NCBI GenBank assembly: GCA_963978095.1
Contig: CAXBQP010000010.1
Coordinates: 1-61,597 of the forward strand
Source: an uncultured bacterium
GTDB lineage: Bacteria > Gemmatimonadota > Gemmatimonadetes > Gemmatimonadales > Gemmatimonadaceae
Direction of reading: 5' to 3'
Length of the DNA stretch: 61,597 nt
Below, piece by piece: positions 1 to 10,428 of this stretch (position 1 is its first letter; every line of letters starts with the position of its first letter). Under the pieces are notes generated by a model, which ran no database searches, was not told the DNA's origin, and saw nothing but the letters and a program-made list of their open reading frames with translations. A program made the position numbers and the translations under genes.

Positions 1-1002
1 CCCTGCGGCAGCGGCGGCCGCGCCCGCCGGGCCGCCGGCACGACCACCGGCACCACCGCCGCGCGCAGCCATGGTCGCGGCGCGGTCGGCAGCATCAGAG
101 GCGGAACGCGCGTTGTTCTGCGGCGCCCGGGTCAACTCGGCGAGGATGGGGGCTTTGGTGATCACCTTGGCCGCCATCGGGTTCGCGAGCGGCACCTGCA
201 CGATCTCGATCTTGAAACGCTCGCTGTTCGGGTCGAGCGAGGGATCAAGGTCGGAGCACCCCGGCAGTTCCGTCGGCGAGCGAACGCCCGCGGAGCCTGA
301 GATGTAGATGTAGACGTTCGCCTTGTCGTTCGGATCCTCGACCACCGTGTGGGTGTGGGAGCCGCGGCACGTCTGCACGCTCTGGATGTACTTCGGGTTC
401 TTGATGTCGGTGGCATCGTAGATGCGCACGCCACGGAAGCGCTCCTTGCTGACCGAGTCCGGCACGCCGCCCAAGCCGCAGTCCAGACGACCGCTGGTGG
501 CCTCACCCGAGACGAAGATCAGATTGCCGTACACCGACACGTCGCTCTGCGAGCCGCGGCAGACGACCTGCTGGATGCTCTTGGGCGCCCTCGGGTTGGA
601 GATGTCGAAGATCTCGTAGCCGTCGTAGTTGCCTTGGATCACGTAGTTGCCACGGAACGCCAGGTCCGAGTGCGTGACGCCGAGGAAAGGACCGGTGGCT
701 TCGACATTCTTGACGAGATGCATGTTCCACTCCGCCTCGGCGGCGCGGGTGGCCATCATGCGGCGCGTGGTGTCCGAGGGGACCTTGGCCGTGGTGCCCG
801 CGCGCAGACCGACGCGCGGATCCGGGGTCGGGGCGTCGGGCGACATCGTGATGCGCAGGGCGGGCGAAGGCGCCGCGACGCTGGATGAGGCACTCGACGA
901 GCTGGTCGAGGTGGCGCACGCGGACGCGTAGAGCGAGATGCCGGCGACTGTCGCCATGACGAGCGCAGTGGAGAATCGCCGCTCGGGGTGATGCTGAGCC
1001 AT
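1..1002 (-). CDS. Secreted LVIVD-repeat (beta-propeller) lipoprotein-like protein, 3' end beyond window edge
   Basis: Not in the ORF track because it has no stop in the window. Manual translation from ATG 1002 gives MAQHHPERRFSTALVMATVAGISLYASAC...SDLAFRGNYVIQGNYDGYEIFDISNPRAP...CRGSQSDVSVYGNLIFVS...GVRIYDATDIKNPKYIQSVQTCRGSHTHT, typical LVIVD repeats. Lies downstream of a DUF305 gene, a common pairing. Confidence 0.8.
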   Translation of the reverse strand, partial: MAQHHPERRFSTALVMATVAGISLYASACATSTSSSSASSSVAAPSPALRITMSPDAPTPDPRVGLRAGTTAKVPSDTTRRMMATRAAEAEWNMHLVKNVEATGPFLGVTHSDLAFRGNYVIQGNYDGYEIFDISNPRAPKSIQQVVCRGSQSDVSVYGNLIFVSGEATSGRLDCGLGGVPDSVSKERFRGVRIYDATDIKNPKYIQSVQTCRGSHTHTVVEDPNDKANVYIYISGSAGVRSPTELPGCSDLDPSLDPNSERFKIEIVQVPLANPMAAKVITKAPILAELTRAPQNNARSASDAADRAATMAARGGGAGGRAGGPAGAAAAAAG

Positions 1003-1057
1003 CGGGCCTTCCGGGTTGGGGGTGGGGCGTGGAACGGAACGGTGAATGATCGCGGAC

Positions 1058-1684
1058 TTACTTCCCTGGTGTGGCTTCGAGCATCTTGGTCATCCGCTCG
1101 ACTTCGGTGGACTGGTCGGCGTAAACATCGCTGGCGAACCGGTAGACGATGTCGTCGTTCCCGGAGCCTGCGCTCGCTTGCAGCTGGTTCACCATGTCGA
1201 TCGCGCCGAGGTGGTGACCGATCATCGCCTTGAGGAACAGACGATCGAAATCGGAGCCGCGGGCCTTGTCGAGCTCGGCGAGCTGCTCGGCGTTGAGCAT
1301 GCCCGGCATGATCATCTCGTGGACCATGCTGCCCATCTTCATCTTGTGCGTGGTGGCGTCGGCGGGGGGGACCTCGAGTCCGCGTTCAGCGAGCCAGCGT
1401 TGCATCAAGCCGATCTCGTCACGCTGGCCGACCACGATGCGCTGGCACAGCACGAGGACGTCGCGACGTGCGCCGTGCGACTCCGCCCACCCCGCGATGA
1501 GTACCGCTTGGGCGTGGTGCGGGATCATGCCCGACATGAACTCCACGTCGGCTTCGTTGATCGTGCGGACCGCGGGCGCGGGCGCCTGCGAGGAGGTCGA
1601 CCGGTTGGCGCTCGCCGGGGCGCACGCGGTGACGAGGAGTACGGCGAGCCCGAGCGGGGCACCGTGTCGGAGGAGAGCGATCAT
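1058..1684 (-). CDS. DUF305 (CopM/ferritin-like) lipoprotein
   Basis: Lipobox VTAC; ADVEFMSGMIPHHAQA and FDRLFLKAMIGHHLGAIDM paired HH motifs; MPGM motif. Confidence 0.9.
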   Translation of the reverse strand: MIALLRHGAPLGLAVLLVTACAPASANRSTSSQAPAPAVRTINEADVEFMSGMIPHHAQAVLIAGWAESHGARRDVLVLCQRIVVGQRDEIGLMQRWLAERGLEVPPADATTHKMKMGSMVHEMIMPGMLNAEQLAELDKARGSDFDRLFLKAMIGHHLGAIDMVNQLQASAGSGNDDIVYRFASDVYADQSTEVERMTKMLEATPGK

Positions 1685-1810
1685 CGGGGCGTACTCCGTG
1701 CGGAAACTGACGGTAACCGGCGCGGCCGACCGCTGGTCGACGGCGCGGCGGGGCCACCTGTGGATGTTAGTGCGTGCGACGCCGGTTGGTAAGAGCCCGC
1801 ACGGCGGTCT

Positions 1811-2761
1811 CTACAGGGCCTGGACCCAGCGGTGCACGGCCTCCGCCACGCGCGGGTCGGTCGGTCCCGCCAGCCCGAACGCCGCCATCGGCGAGGTGCC
1901 CTCAGGCACGGGCTTGTACATGTGCTGCAGCTCCGGAAAATGCACCGCCTCGGTGGGCAGGCCGGCACGTCCCGCCCGGAGTGCATCGGCGTGGTGACGC
2001 GGCACACTGGTATCGAGCCCGGCACTGACGAGCAGGACGGGGCCGCCGTATCGGGCGATCGTCTCCACGGGGTCGGTGGCGTCCACGTCCCGCATGTAAT
2101 TCCGTGAGGCCTCGTCGAAGGTGACGAGTGCCCCGGCACCCGTGGGTCCTGTCGCGCGGGCGACCAACGCATCCGGGAACGACTGTTGCCGTCGGATGTG
2201 GTCGATGACCTCGTCGAGAATCGCGAGCGGTTCCGGGGCTGCGCCCGCGGGACTCATGGCCAGGTGCTGTTCGCGCATGATGCCGAGGATGCCGATGCTC
2301 GGACCCGAGAGCAACACCACCCCATCGACGTTCGCTCCCTCGGCGGCGATGACAGAGGCCACGACCGAGCCCTCCGAGTGGCCTGCGAGCACGACCTTCC
2401 CCGTGGGGAGCGCGCGGGATGCGAGCTCGGCGCGCAAGCGGTCGAGCGCCGCGTTCGCGATCACCATGCGACGACGCCAGTTGGTGATCTTCGCCGCGGC
2501 CTCGGCGTCGAGCAGTTCGCTGCCGGTGCCCGGGCCGATTTTCGCGAATCGCAACACCGCGAGCCCGCGCTCCGACAGCTGCTCGGCGAGCCAGGCGTAG
2601 ACGCGCGGATAGATGTTCCAACTGGGGAAATCGCCGTCCACGTTCACGAAGAGCGAGCCCGGGATGAGCAGGACGCTCCCCCTCGGCTCCCCGTGCGGTA
2701 GCGTGAGTGCCGCGGGGATGGAGTATCCGCCAGCCTCGAGCGCGAGCGGAACCGTCTGCAC
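1811..2761 (-). CDS. Alpha/beta hydrolase (serine aminopeptidase S33-like)
   Basis: GHSEG nucleophile motif, LLIPGS oxyanion motif, D-T-S-V acid and C-terminal ELQH His. Confidence 0.85.
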   Translation of the reverse strand: MQTVPLALEAGGYSIPAALTLPHGEPRGSVLLIPGSLFVNVDGDFPSWNIYPRVYAWLAEQLSERGLAVLRFAKIGPGTGSELLDAEAAAKITNWRRRMVIANAALDRLRAELASRALPTGKVVLAGHSEGSVVASVIAAEGANVDGVVLLSGPSIGILGIMREQHLAMSPAGAAPEPLAILDEVIDHIRRQQSFPDALVARATGPTGAGALVTFDEASRNYMRDVDATDPVETIARYGGPVLLVSAGLDTSVPRHHADALRAGRAGLPTEAVHFPELQHMYKPVPEGTSPMAAFGLAGPTDPRVAEAVHRWVQAL

Positions 2762-2762
2762 G

Positions 2763-3770
2763 CTACTTTTTCTTCGCGGCCTTCTTCGCCGCCGACGTCC
2801 GGGTCCCGGACTTCAGCGGCGACGGCTTTCGCGGCGCCGCGGCGAGAGACTCACCACCCATCAGGGCCGCCATCACCGCCTTCTGGACGTGCAAGCGATT
2901 CTCGGCTTCGTCCCACACCACACTCTGCGCGCCGTCAATGACGTCGCTGGTGACTTCCTCGCCCCGGTGCGCCGGGAGACAGTGCAGGAAGATGGCGTTG
3001 GCCTTGGCCCGCGCCATCATGGCGGGATTCACCGTGAATCCCGCAAAGGCGCGGGCGCGGACAGCCTGCTCCTCCTCGTGGCCCATGGAGGCCCACACGT
3101 CGGTGTTCACCGCGTGCGCGCCCGCAATCGCCTCCTTGGGATCCTGCGTCAGCGTGACCTTGGCAGATCGCTGCGCGCGCGCGAGACAGGTGGCGTCGGG
3201 CTCGTACCCTTCCGGGCAGGCGAGGGCCAGCTCGAAGCCCAGGACCGCGGCGGCGTCGAGCCAGGAGTTGGCCATGTTGTTGCCGTCGCCGATCCAGGCA
3301 ACCTTTTTCCCCTTGTAGCTCCCGAGATGCTGGTTGATCGTGAGCAGGTCCCCGAGGATCTGACAGGGGTGGTGCAGGTCCGTGAGTCCGTTGATCACCG
3401 GGACGTCGGCGCAGTGCGCGAGTTCGACGACTTCGGCGTGGGCATACGTCCGCACCATGATGCCGTCGACCATGCGCGACAGCACCCGGGCCGTATCGGC
3501 GATCGGCTCCCCACGCCCCAGTTGGATGTCCCGGGGGCTCAGAAAGAGCGGGGTGGCGCCCAGCTGGGCGGCGCCGACTTCGAAGCTGACACGCGTGCGC
3601 GTGGAGTTCTTGAAGAAGATCATCGCCAGCGACTTCCCGGCGAGCGGGCGCGTGCGGTAGCGCCCGGTCCGCATGCGATCGCTCAGCGCCAACAGCGCGT
3701 CGAGTTCGGCACGGGTGAAGTCGTGAATGGCGAGGAAATCGCGGTGCTTCCGCGCGGCACGATCGGTCAT
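2763..3770 (-). CDS. argF: Ornithine carbamoyltransferase
   Basis: STRTRVSFE, HPCQ, GDGNNMANS, TDVWASMG and FLHCLPAHRG motifs. Start taken at ATG 3770 (MTDRAARKH); the longer track ORF runs antisense over the next gene. Confidence 0.95.
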   Translation of the reverse strand: MTDRAARKHRDFLAIHDFTRAELDALLALSDRMRTGRYRTRPLAGKSLAMIFFKNSTRTRVSFEVGAAQLGATPLFLSPRDIQLGRGEPIADTARVLSRMVDGIMVRTYAHAEVVELAHCADVPVINGLTDLHHPCQILGDLLTINQHLGSYKGKKVAWIGDGNNMANSWLDAAAVLGFELALACPEGYEPDATCLARAQRSAKVTLTQDPKEAIAGAHAVNTDVWASMGHEEEQAVRARAFAGFTVNPAMMARAKANAIFLHCLPAHRGEEVTSDVIDGAQSVVWDEAENRLHVQKAVMAALMGGESLAAAPRKPSPLKSGTRTSAAKKAAKKK

Positions 3771-3905
3771 GGCAGCGTTGGGGAACGGGGAAGCACTGTA
3801 ATCTATGCAGGCCGACCGGTGCGTGTACCCCACCGGGGCTCGAAGGCGAAGGTCGGACCACGCGCACGGCTGGAGCGCTACGGTCGCGTGCAGTAGCTTA
3901 CCGCC

Positions 3906-4874
3906 ATGTCTTCTCCCATCACGTATCAGGACGTTCTTGCGGCGCGCGAGCGGCTCCGCCCGCACCTCGCGCCGACGCCGTTGCGCCACTACCCGCTGCT
4001 CGATCAGGCGGTCGGCCACGGGATCCACGTCTCGGTCAAGCACGAGAATCATCATCCCACGCAAAGCTTCAAGATCCGCAACGGGCTCAACGCGATTCTC
4101 GCCTTGAGCGACGCCGAGCGTGCACGTGGCGTCATTGCCGCAAGCACGGGGAATCATGGCCAGGGGCTCGCCTACGCGGGCGGGCTCACGGGAACCACGG
4201 TCACGATCTGCGTACCCGAGGGGAACAACCCCAGCAAGAACGCGGCGATCCGTGCGCTCGGCGCGGAACTTCTGGAGATCGGCGCGTCGTATGATGAGAC
4301 GATTCAGGGGTGCGCCCGCATTCGTGAGGAACGTGGGCTCACGCTCGTGCACAGCACCAACAACGCCCACGTGATTGCCGGCGCGGGGACGATGACGCTG
4401 GAGTTGCTCGAGCAGGACCCCGCGTGCGACGCGGTGATCATCGCGCTCGGCGGCGGATCGCAGGCCGTGGGGGCGATCACCGTGGCGCGCGAACGGAAGC
4501 CGTCGCTCGGCGTGTACGCGGTAGGCGCGGCCAGTGCGCCGGCGCAGTTCGAGAGCTGGCAGCGCGGCGAGCGCTTGTCGGGGCTTCCCGTTGCGACCTT
4601 TGCCGAGGGCATCGCCACCGGGTCGGCGTACGAGATGACGTTCGACGCGCTTCGGGAAGGGCTGGCGGGGTTCGTGACGGTGAGTGAGGCGTCGATGTAT
4701 CAGTCGATCCGCGATCTCATCAACTTGACGCACAATGTGCCAGAAGGCGCGGGTGCCGCCGGCTTCGCCGGACTCCAGGCGTTGGCCCCGAAGCTCGCAG
4801 GGAAACGTGTGGCGATCATCATGTGCGGAGGGAATCTGGCGGAACGCGACCTGCAGCGGGCGCTTGCGAGCTGA
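3906..4874 (+). CDS. PLP-dependent threonine/serine dehydratase (fold type II)
   Basis: SFKIRNG PLP lysine, ASTGNHGQG, LGGGS and CGGN motifs. Confidence 0.9.
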   Translation: MSSPITYQDVLAARERLRPHLAPTPLRHYPLLDQAVGHGIHVSVKHENHHPTQSFKIRNGLNAILALSDAERARGVIAASTGNHGQGLAYAGGLTGTTVTICVPEGNNPSKNAAIRALGAELLEIGASYDETIQGCARIREERGLTLVHSTNNAHVIAGAGTMTLELLEQDPACDAVIIALGGGSQAVGAITVARERKPSLGVYAVGAASAPAQFESWQRGERLSGLPVATFAEGIATGSAYEMTFDALREGLAGFVTVSEASMYQSIRDLINLTHNVPEGAGAAGFAGLQALAPKLAGKRVAIIMCGGNLAERDLQRALAS

Positions 4875-4926
4875 TTCTCGGATGCCGCGCGGCGTGGCGC
4901 GGAGGCGCTGCGGACGGCGCGGATGT

Positions 4927-4965
4927 GGAACGGGGCGGGTCGCCGATGGCGACCCGCCCCGTTCC
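4927..4965. terminator. 18-bp stem hairpin between convergent genes
   Basis: GGAACGGGGCGGGTCGCC-GAT-GGCGACCCGCCCCGTTCC perfect inverted repeat. Confidence 0.75.
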
Positions 4966-4985
4966 GTTGGTGCTGACGCTCGACC

Positions 4986-7589
4986 TTACTCCTTGGGGTC
5001 CAGCATCTTCTTGATCTGGTCACGCGCATCCTGCAGATGCACACGCGTGGTGCGGTCCTTCGTACGACCGATGGCGGCGGAGAGCTCCCCGTCGAGCTGG
5101 CGCATCTCGTCCTTGGCGAGCCCGCGGAAATCCCCGAGGTTCACCGGCGTGCCGAACACCGGTCCGTTCTGCGCCGCCGGCTTGATCTTGGCGGCCATGA
5201 GATCGAGATAGTTGTTCTGCAGGCGACGACGATACGCATCGACCGGCGCGCCGGTCGCGATCTCCTTCCACAGCCCCTTCCGCACATCCGTGAGCAGCTC
5301 ACCGGCCGTGTACACCTCCGCCGTGTTGGCGGCGAGGGCTTCGTATTCGACCATGCGCGAGAGTCGGATGTTGCTGAGCAGGGCGTTGAGCGACCGCGTC
5401 TGCGCACCGGAGAGGCGTCCGATCTCCCCTTCCGATTCGATCTTCTTGAGGATCTTGAGATCGATCAGATAGGTCGGCGTGGTGAAGACCTGATCGTTCA
5501 GGAAGCGCACCGCGTCCTGCTGCCGCTTCTTGCTGACCGGGGTCCAGACATCTCCCGACTGGCCGACGACCTTCTCCTGCTTGTACTGCGACCCCACGAC
5601 GCGGGCGACATGCCCGGCTTCGGTGGCCCACTGGTTGATGACGCCGCTGTACGCCGAGCGGAGCATCGAGAAGTCGGCCGACTTGTCGGTCGTGGCGGCC
5701 GCTTCGGTGAGCTTCATGACGCGCGCCAGGTTCTTGAAGCCCCAGCCGGTGGCCTTCACCGCATCGGCGTCGCCAACGGCTTCGTTCTGCTCGGCCGGAT
5801 CCGCACCACCCGAGCCGGCATCGCTCGCGAAACGGTACCACGGGATCGTGTCCTGCATCCCGGCCCAGCGGTTGAGCGTGGCGACTTCGGCTTCCGGCGT
5901 CTTGGCACCGAGAATCGGCGAGTAGCCCCACATCACGGCGAACTTGTCGTAGGTGCCGACGCGGGGCGTGAGATCCTCGATCGCGATCCCGTCCTCGGGC
6001 TGCGCCGTGTAGTTGAAGCGGGCGTAGTCCATGATCGACGGCGAATGCCCCATCTTCGCGACGAAGGTCTTGGAGCGGATCGAGTCGGTCGGGTACATCG
6101 ATGACGCCTTGAAGTTGTGCGGGAAGCCGAGCGTGTGCCCGACCTCGTGCGCCGCGACGAACTGGATGAGGCGCCCCATCAGGTCCTGCGGGAAGGGGAA
6201 CTTCTGCGCGCGCGGATCGAGGTGCCCGACCTGCGAGAAGTACCAGTCGCGCTGGAGATCGAAGATGTTCTGGTACATCTGCACGTCGGCGTCGATGATC
6301 TCGCCGCTGCGCGGGTCCACGGTGCTCGGTCCGACGGCGTTGGCCACCGGGCTCGGCAGCCAGCGGATCATGGCGACGGTGGCATCCTCACCGGAGAAGT
6401 CCGGATCGTTGGCCGGTGCTTCGGCCGCCACGATTCCCTTGTAGAAACCGGCTTGTTCGAACGCAGGCTGCCACTCTTCGATGGCCCTCTTGATCCAGGG
6501 CTTGAGCCACCCCGGGGTCGCCGGATCGACGTAGTAGGTGATCGGCTTCTTGGGGACGCAGAGGTTGCCGACCTTCTGGTCGGAGCACTCGAGACGCCAG
6601 CGCGAGATGAACTCGCGGGTCGTGACGCGCTGCTCCTTGGAGCCGAAGTCCGTGGCGGTGGGTCCGAAGTAGCCGACGCGGGCATCGCGGAGGCGCCCCA
6701 TCATCGGCACGTCCGGCAGACGCACCATCGAGAAGGTGTAGGCCTCCGTCGTCGACTGCGGTTGCGCCGGGGGGAATCCGGGCGGCGTTGGTGCCCCACC
6801 GCCCGCCTGCGGCGTGTACGTCTGCTGGGCCGTGACGTTGATGTTCTTGCTGAAGGCCGCCCAGCGGTCGATGAACGACCGCGTGGCATCGACCGTGGCG
6901 CGACGGCCGTTGGCGGTCAACTCCTGCACGCCGCCGGTGAACATGCGCGTGACTTCGATGACCGCCGCGCTGTCCTTGCCGTACGCTTCGACGTTGAACG
7001 AGGCGAGGATCGGGAAGAACTGGATCAGGTTCATCGCCTTCGGCGACGAGAGCGACGAGTCGCTGGCAACGCTGCGGTAGTTCACGTTGCGGAGGAGGAT
7101 GCGGTTGTCACGCCGCTCCCATCGCACGAGGACGTCCGGGCCGAGCGTGCCGTTGATGCCGATGCTGTTCGGCGTCGCCGCGAGCACCGTGGTGATGATG
7201 AAATCCTTGCCCAGTTCAGCCGCTGGGATCTCGAAATAGAGACGGCTCCCGATCTGGTGCACGCCGAAGACGCCGGTCTTGGACTTCGCACGCGGGGTGA
7301 TGACGGTCGCGTACGGACGCGGGACCGGATCCGCCGCCGCACCGCCAGCACCACCAGCTGCGCCGGGACCGCCCGGCCCCTGGGGCGTAGCGCCCTGGGC
7401 GCCGCCCGGGGCCTGCGAAGAACCAGGAGCTGGGCTGTTTGGCATGCTGTTCGGGGCAGCCGCCGTAGTAGCCGCCGCGGCTGCGGCTGGAGCGGGCGCC
7501 GGAGCGGGCGCTGGTGAAGGCGCGGGAGTCTGCTGGCACGCGGCCAGGAGAGCGCCAGCGGCGGCGATGGAGACTGGGAGTCTGCGCAT
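4986..7589 (-). CDS. Zinc-dependent metalloprotease lipoprotein (DUF5117/DUF5118/DUF4953 type)
   Basis: Lipobox LAAC, Pro/Ala/Gly linker, DARVGYF, DPRSGEII, HEVGHTLGFPHNF zinc site, SIMDY Met-turn. Confidence 0.9.
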   Translation of the reverse strand: MRRLPVSIAAAGALLAACQQTPAPSPAPAPAPAPAAAAAATTAAAPNSMPNSPAPGSSQAPGGAQGATPQGPGGPGAAGGAGGAAADPVPRPYATVITPRAKSKTGVFGVHQIGSRLYFEIPAAELGKDFIITTVLAATPNSIGINGTLGPDVLVRWERRDNRILLRNVNYRSVASDSSLSSPKAMNLIQFFPILASFNVEAYGKDSAAVIEVTRMFTGGVQELTANGRRATVDATRSFIDRWAAFSKNINVTAQQTYTPQAGGGAPTPPGFPPAQPQSTTEAYTFSMVRLPDVPMMGRLRDARVGYFGPTATDFGSKEQRVTTREFISRWRLECSDQKVGNLCVPKKPITYYVDPATPGWLKPWIKRAIEEWQPAFEQAGFYKGIVAAEAPANDPDFSGEDATVAMIRWLPSPVANAVGPSTVDPRSGEIIDADVQMYQNIFDLQRDWYFSQVGHLDPRAQKFPFPQDLMGRLIQFVAAHEVGHTLGFPHNFKASSMYPTDSIRSKTFVAKMGHSPSIMDYARFNYTAQPEDGIAIEDLTPRVGTYDKFAVMWGYSPILGAKTPEAEVATLNRWAGMQDTIPWYRFASDAGSGGADPAEQNEAVGDADAVKATGWGFKNLARVMKLTEAAATTDKSADFSMLRSAYSGVINQWATEAGHVARVVGSQYKQEKVVGQSGDVWTPVSKKRQQDAVRFLNDQVFTTPTYLIDLKILKKIESEGEIGRLSGAQTRSLNALLSNIRLSRMVEYEALAANTAEVYTAGELLTDVRKGLWKEIATGAPVDAYRRRLQNNYLDLMAAKIKPAAQNGPVFGTPVNLGDFRGLAKDEMRQLDGELSAAIGRTKDRTTRVHLQDARDQIKKMLDPKE

Positions 7590-7743
7590 GTGACAGGGGA
7601 TGAGGTCCTTGGGCGACTGGCCACGGGTCCGGCCGTCGAACCACAGTCTATAAGACTGCCCTCGGTTGCCGCCGAGCGCCAGCGCCGGCGCCGGCGGGCG
7701 CGTAAGCTCTCATCTGCCCCCTTCTGTTCGGAGCCTCGATACG

Positions 7744-10392
7744 ATGACCGCCCTCCCCCGCCCCTCCCGCCACCTGTTGGCCCTCGCCGCCTGCTTCGCA
7801 CTGATCGCCGAAGTCACAAGTTCAGCGGTTGCGCAGGGATGGAATGCGCAAGAAATCCTCAGGACCGAGGCCTACGTCCGGCCGCCGGCCAACGTCGAGC
7901 GGATGATCCTCGCCCCGCGCACCGACATCTCCTTCACGGCGCCAAGCCCGGACCGGAAGTGGTTCCTGAAAGCCTCGGGAAGCGACCGCGGTGACATCCT
8001 CGCCTACGGCAAGTCCCACCTCTACCTCGGTGGGCTCCAGGTCGACACCAAGGCGAACCGCAATCGGTCGCTGACCACCAGCACCCGCAGCGGACTCTCT
8101 CTTGTGGACCCCAAGAGCGGCGCGACGAAGGCGATCGAGACGCCCAAGGGGGCATCGATCTCGGCGCAGAGCTGGTCACCCAACGGCACGCAGGTGGCCT
8201 ACATCGCGAACTTCGACGACGCGTCGTATGCCTACGTGGCCGACGTCGCCACCGGGAAGTCGACGCAGGCGAGCAAGTCGCCACTGCTCGCGACACTGGT
8301 CACCGGTCTCGAGTGGACCGCCGACGGCAAGTCGCTCATCGCGGTCGTCGTCCCTGATGGTCGCGGTCCGGCACCGACGCATGGCCCCAACGGCATCGAA
8401 GACGGTCCGACCGTGCGCCTCACCAACTCGCGTGCCATCCCGCAGCCGGTACACGCCAGCCTGCTCGATGATCCACACGACAAGGCCCTCCTCAAGTACT
8501 ACACCACCGGCCAGCTCGCGCTGATCGACGTGAGGGGGAAGAGCACGAAGAGGATCGGCACCCCGCGCATGATCCGCTCGGTGGATGCCGCGAGCGACGC
8601 GCAGGCATTCCGCGTGACCGTGATGACCGAGCCGTTCTCGTATCTCGTACCGGTCAGCAACTTCGGCTCCGTGCAGGAACTGTGGGATGCCGCCGGCACG
8701 GTGATCACGACGCTCGCCAGGACACCGCTCCGTGAGGGGGATCAGGGGGGCGATCCGGACGTCGCCGCGGCCGGCGGTCGCGGCGGCCCGGTGCAGACGG
8801 CCGCGGACACCGGGAAGCGCAGCATCCAGTGGAATCCGGTGGGTCCGGGACTCGTGTATCTGCAGTCGGTGTTCAACGGCTCGACCGCGGGCGCGCGTGC
8901 CGCGGGTGGGCGCGGCGCCGCTCCGGCGCGCCCGACTCCGAGTAGCGTGCGCTACGTGAACTGGCTCCCGCCCTACGGCCCGACCGACACGAAGGTGCTC
9001 TACGAAGGGTCGGCCCAGCTCGGCACCATCGCGTTCAGCGCCGATGCCAAGACGATGTTCGTCACCGACAGTGGCTCGGTGACCGCCGTCCGCGGCGCAC
9101 AGCGCTTCAACCTCGGGCGCGGAGTCATCATCCCCGGCGGTGGTGGCGGATTCGGCGGCGGTGGACGTGGCGGGCCGGGTGCGGCCGGGAACGACACGAC
9201 GGGCGGTGCGCTGCAGATGAAGCGCGGCCCGAACGGGCAGCAGTTCGTGGTCGTGGGAACGGATGGCAAGAGCGTCGCCGTCAGCGGCACGCGGACGCCG
9301 GGCGCGAAGTGGAACACCGAAGGCCCGCGCCCGTGGCTCGACAAGCTTGACTTCGAGAGCGGAAAGCGCACGCGCATCTTTGACGCGCCGGCGAACGCCT
9401 ACGAGGAGTTCGTCACCGCACTCGACGACGATTTCTCGAGCTACATCTACACGCATGAATCGCGCACCGTGATCGCCGATGCGTGGCTCAAGGACGTCGC
9501 GAGCGGCAGCACCAAGCAGCTGACGCACGCGGTGGATGTGGGCCCCGAGGTCACGGGTGCCATCACCAAGCGCCTGCAGGTCACGCGTCCTCGCGACGGC
9601 TTCACGATGTGGGTCGACGTCACGCTTCCGCGCGGTTGGAAGCCGGGCACGAAGCTCCCGGGGATCATCTGGTTCTACCCGCGCGAGTACACGACGCAGG
9701 CCGACTACGAACGCTCCCGCTATACCACAAACATCAACAAGTTCCCCGAAGTCCCGGCGCTGCGTCCGGCCTCGAGTACCAAGCTCTGGGTGGCGCAGGG
9801 CTACGCCCTCATCGAGCCGGACATCCCGATCGTCGGCGACACCGGGAAGATGAACGACAACTACACGCGCGATCTCCGCGAGAACCTCGACGCGGTGCTC
9901 GACGCCGTGGTCGAGGCCGGCTACGTGGACCGCAACAAGATGGGGATCGGTGGGCACAGCTATGGCGCCTTCTCCACCGTGAACGCGCTCACGCTCGTTC
10001 CGTACTTCAAGGCCGGCATCGCGGGCGACGGCATGTACAACCGGTCACTCACCCCCTTCGGCTTCCAGAGCGAGCGCCGCAACTTCTTCCAGGCCAAGGA
10101 CACCTACCTCGATATGTCCCCCTTCCTCCGGGCGGACAAGATCTCGGGGGCGCTCCTCATGTACCACGCCACCGAGGACCAGAACCAAGGCACCGCGCCG
10201 ATCAGCTCCACGCGCATGCTTCTCGCCCTCCAGGGACTGGGCAAGCCGGCGGCGCTGTACATGTATCCGTACGAGGATCACAGCGTCGCCACCTACGCGA
10301 GCGACCTTGATCTCTGGGCGCGCTGGTACGCGTGGTTCGAGATCTACGTCAAGAACGCCAAGGACGCGCCGACGGTACGGGTGCAGCCGTAG
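7744..10392 (+). CDS. Secreted S9 family serine peptidase (S9D glutamyl endopeptidase-like)
   Basis: Signal peptide ending AVA-Q, beta-propeller repeats, GGHSYGAF, YNRSLTPFGFQ, D-Q-N-Q-G-T acid region and YPYEDH His. Confidence 0.9.
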   Translation: MTALPRPSRHLLALAACFALIAEVTSSAVAQGWNAQEILRTEAYVRPPANVERMILAPRTDISFTAPSPDRKWFLKASGSDRGDILAYGKSHLYLGGLQVDTKANRNRSLTTSTRSGLSLVDPKSGATKAIETPKGASISAQSWSPNGTQVAYIANFDDASYAYVADVATGKSTQASKSPLLATLVTGLEWTADGKSLIAVVVPDGRGPAPTHGPNGIEDGPTVRLTNSRAIPQPVHASLLDDPHDKALLKYYTTGQLALIDVRGKSTKRIGTPRMIRSVDAASDAQAFRVTVMTEPFSYLVPVSNFGSVQELWDAAGTVITTLARTPLREGDQGGDPDVAAAGGRGGPVQTAADTGKRSIQWNPVGPGLVYLQSVFNGSTAGARAAGGRGAAPARPTPSSVRYVNWLPPYGPTDTKVLYEGSAQLGTIAFSADAKTMFVTDSGSVTAVRGAQRFNLGRGVIIPGGGGGFGGGGRGGPGAAGNDTTGGALQMKRGPNGQQFVVVGTDGKSVAVSGTRTPGAKWNTEGPRPWLDKLDFESGKRTRIFDAPANAYEEFVTALDDDFSSYIYTHESRTVIADAWLKDVASGSTKQLTHAVDVGPEVTGAITKRLQVTRPRDGFTMWVDVTLPRGWKPGTKLPGIIWFYPREYTTQADYERSRYTTNINKFPEVPALRPASSTKLWVAQGYALIEPDIPIVGDTGKMNDNYTRDLRENLDAVLDAVVEAGYVDRNKMGIGGHSYGAFSTVNALTLVPYFKAGIAGDGMYNRSLTPFGFQSERRNFFQAKDTYLDMSPFLRADKISGALLMYHATEDQNQGTAPISSTRMLLALQGLGKPAALYMYPYEDHSVATYASDLDLWARWYAWFEIYVKNAKDAPTVRVQP

Positions 10393-10428
10393 CGTCATCC
10401 ATCGGATGGCGCGCGACGTGCACGCGCG

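Noticed and set aside
2763..4733. Apparent 656-aa ArgF and 811-aa AroC (18673-21108) fusions
   Set aside because: The extensions overlap other real genes (dehydratase antisense, pilQ alternate frame); canonical starts exist at 3770 and 19866.
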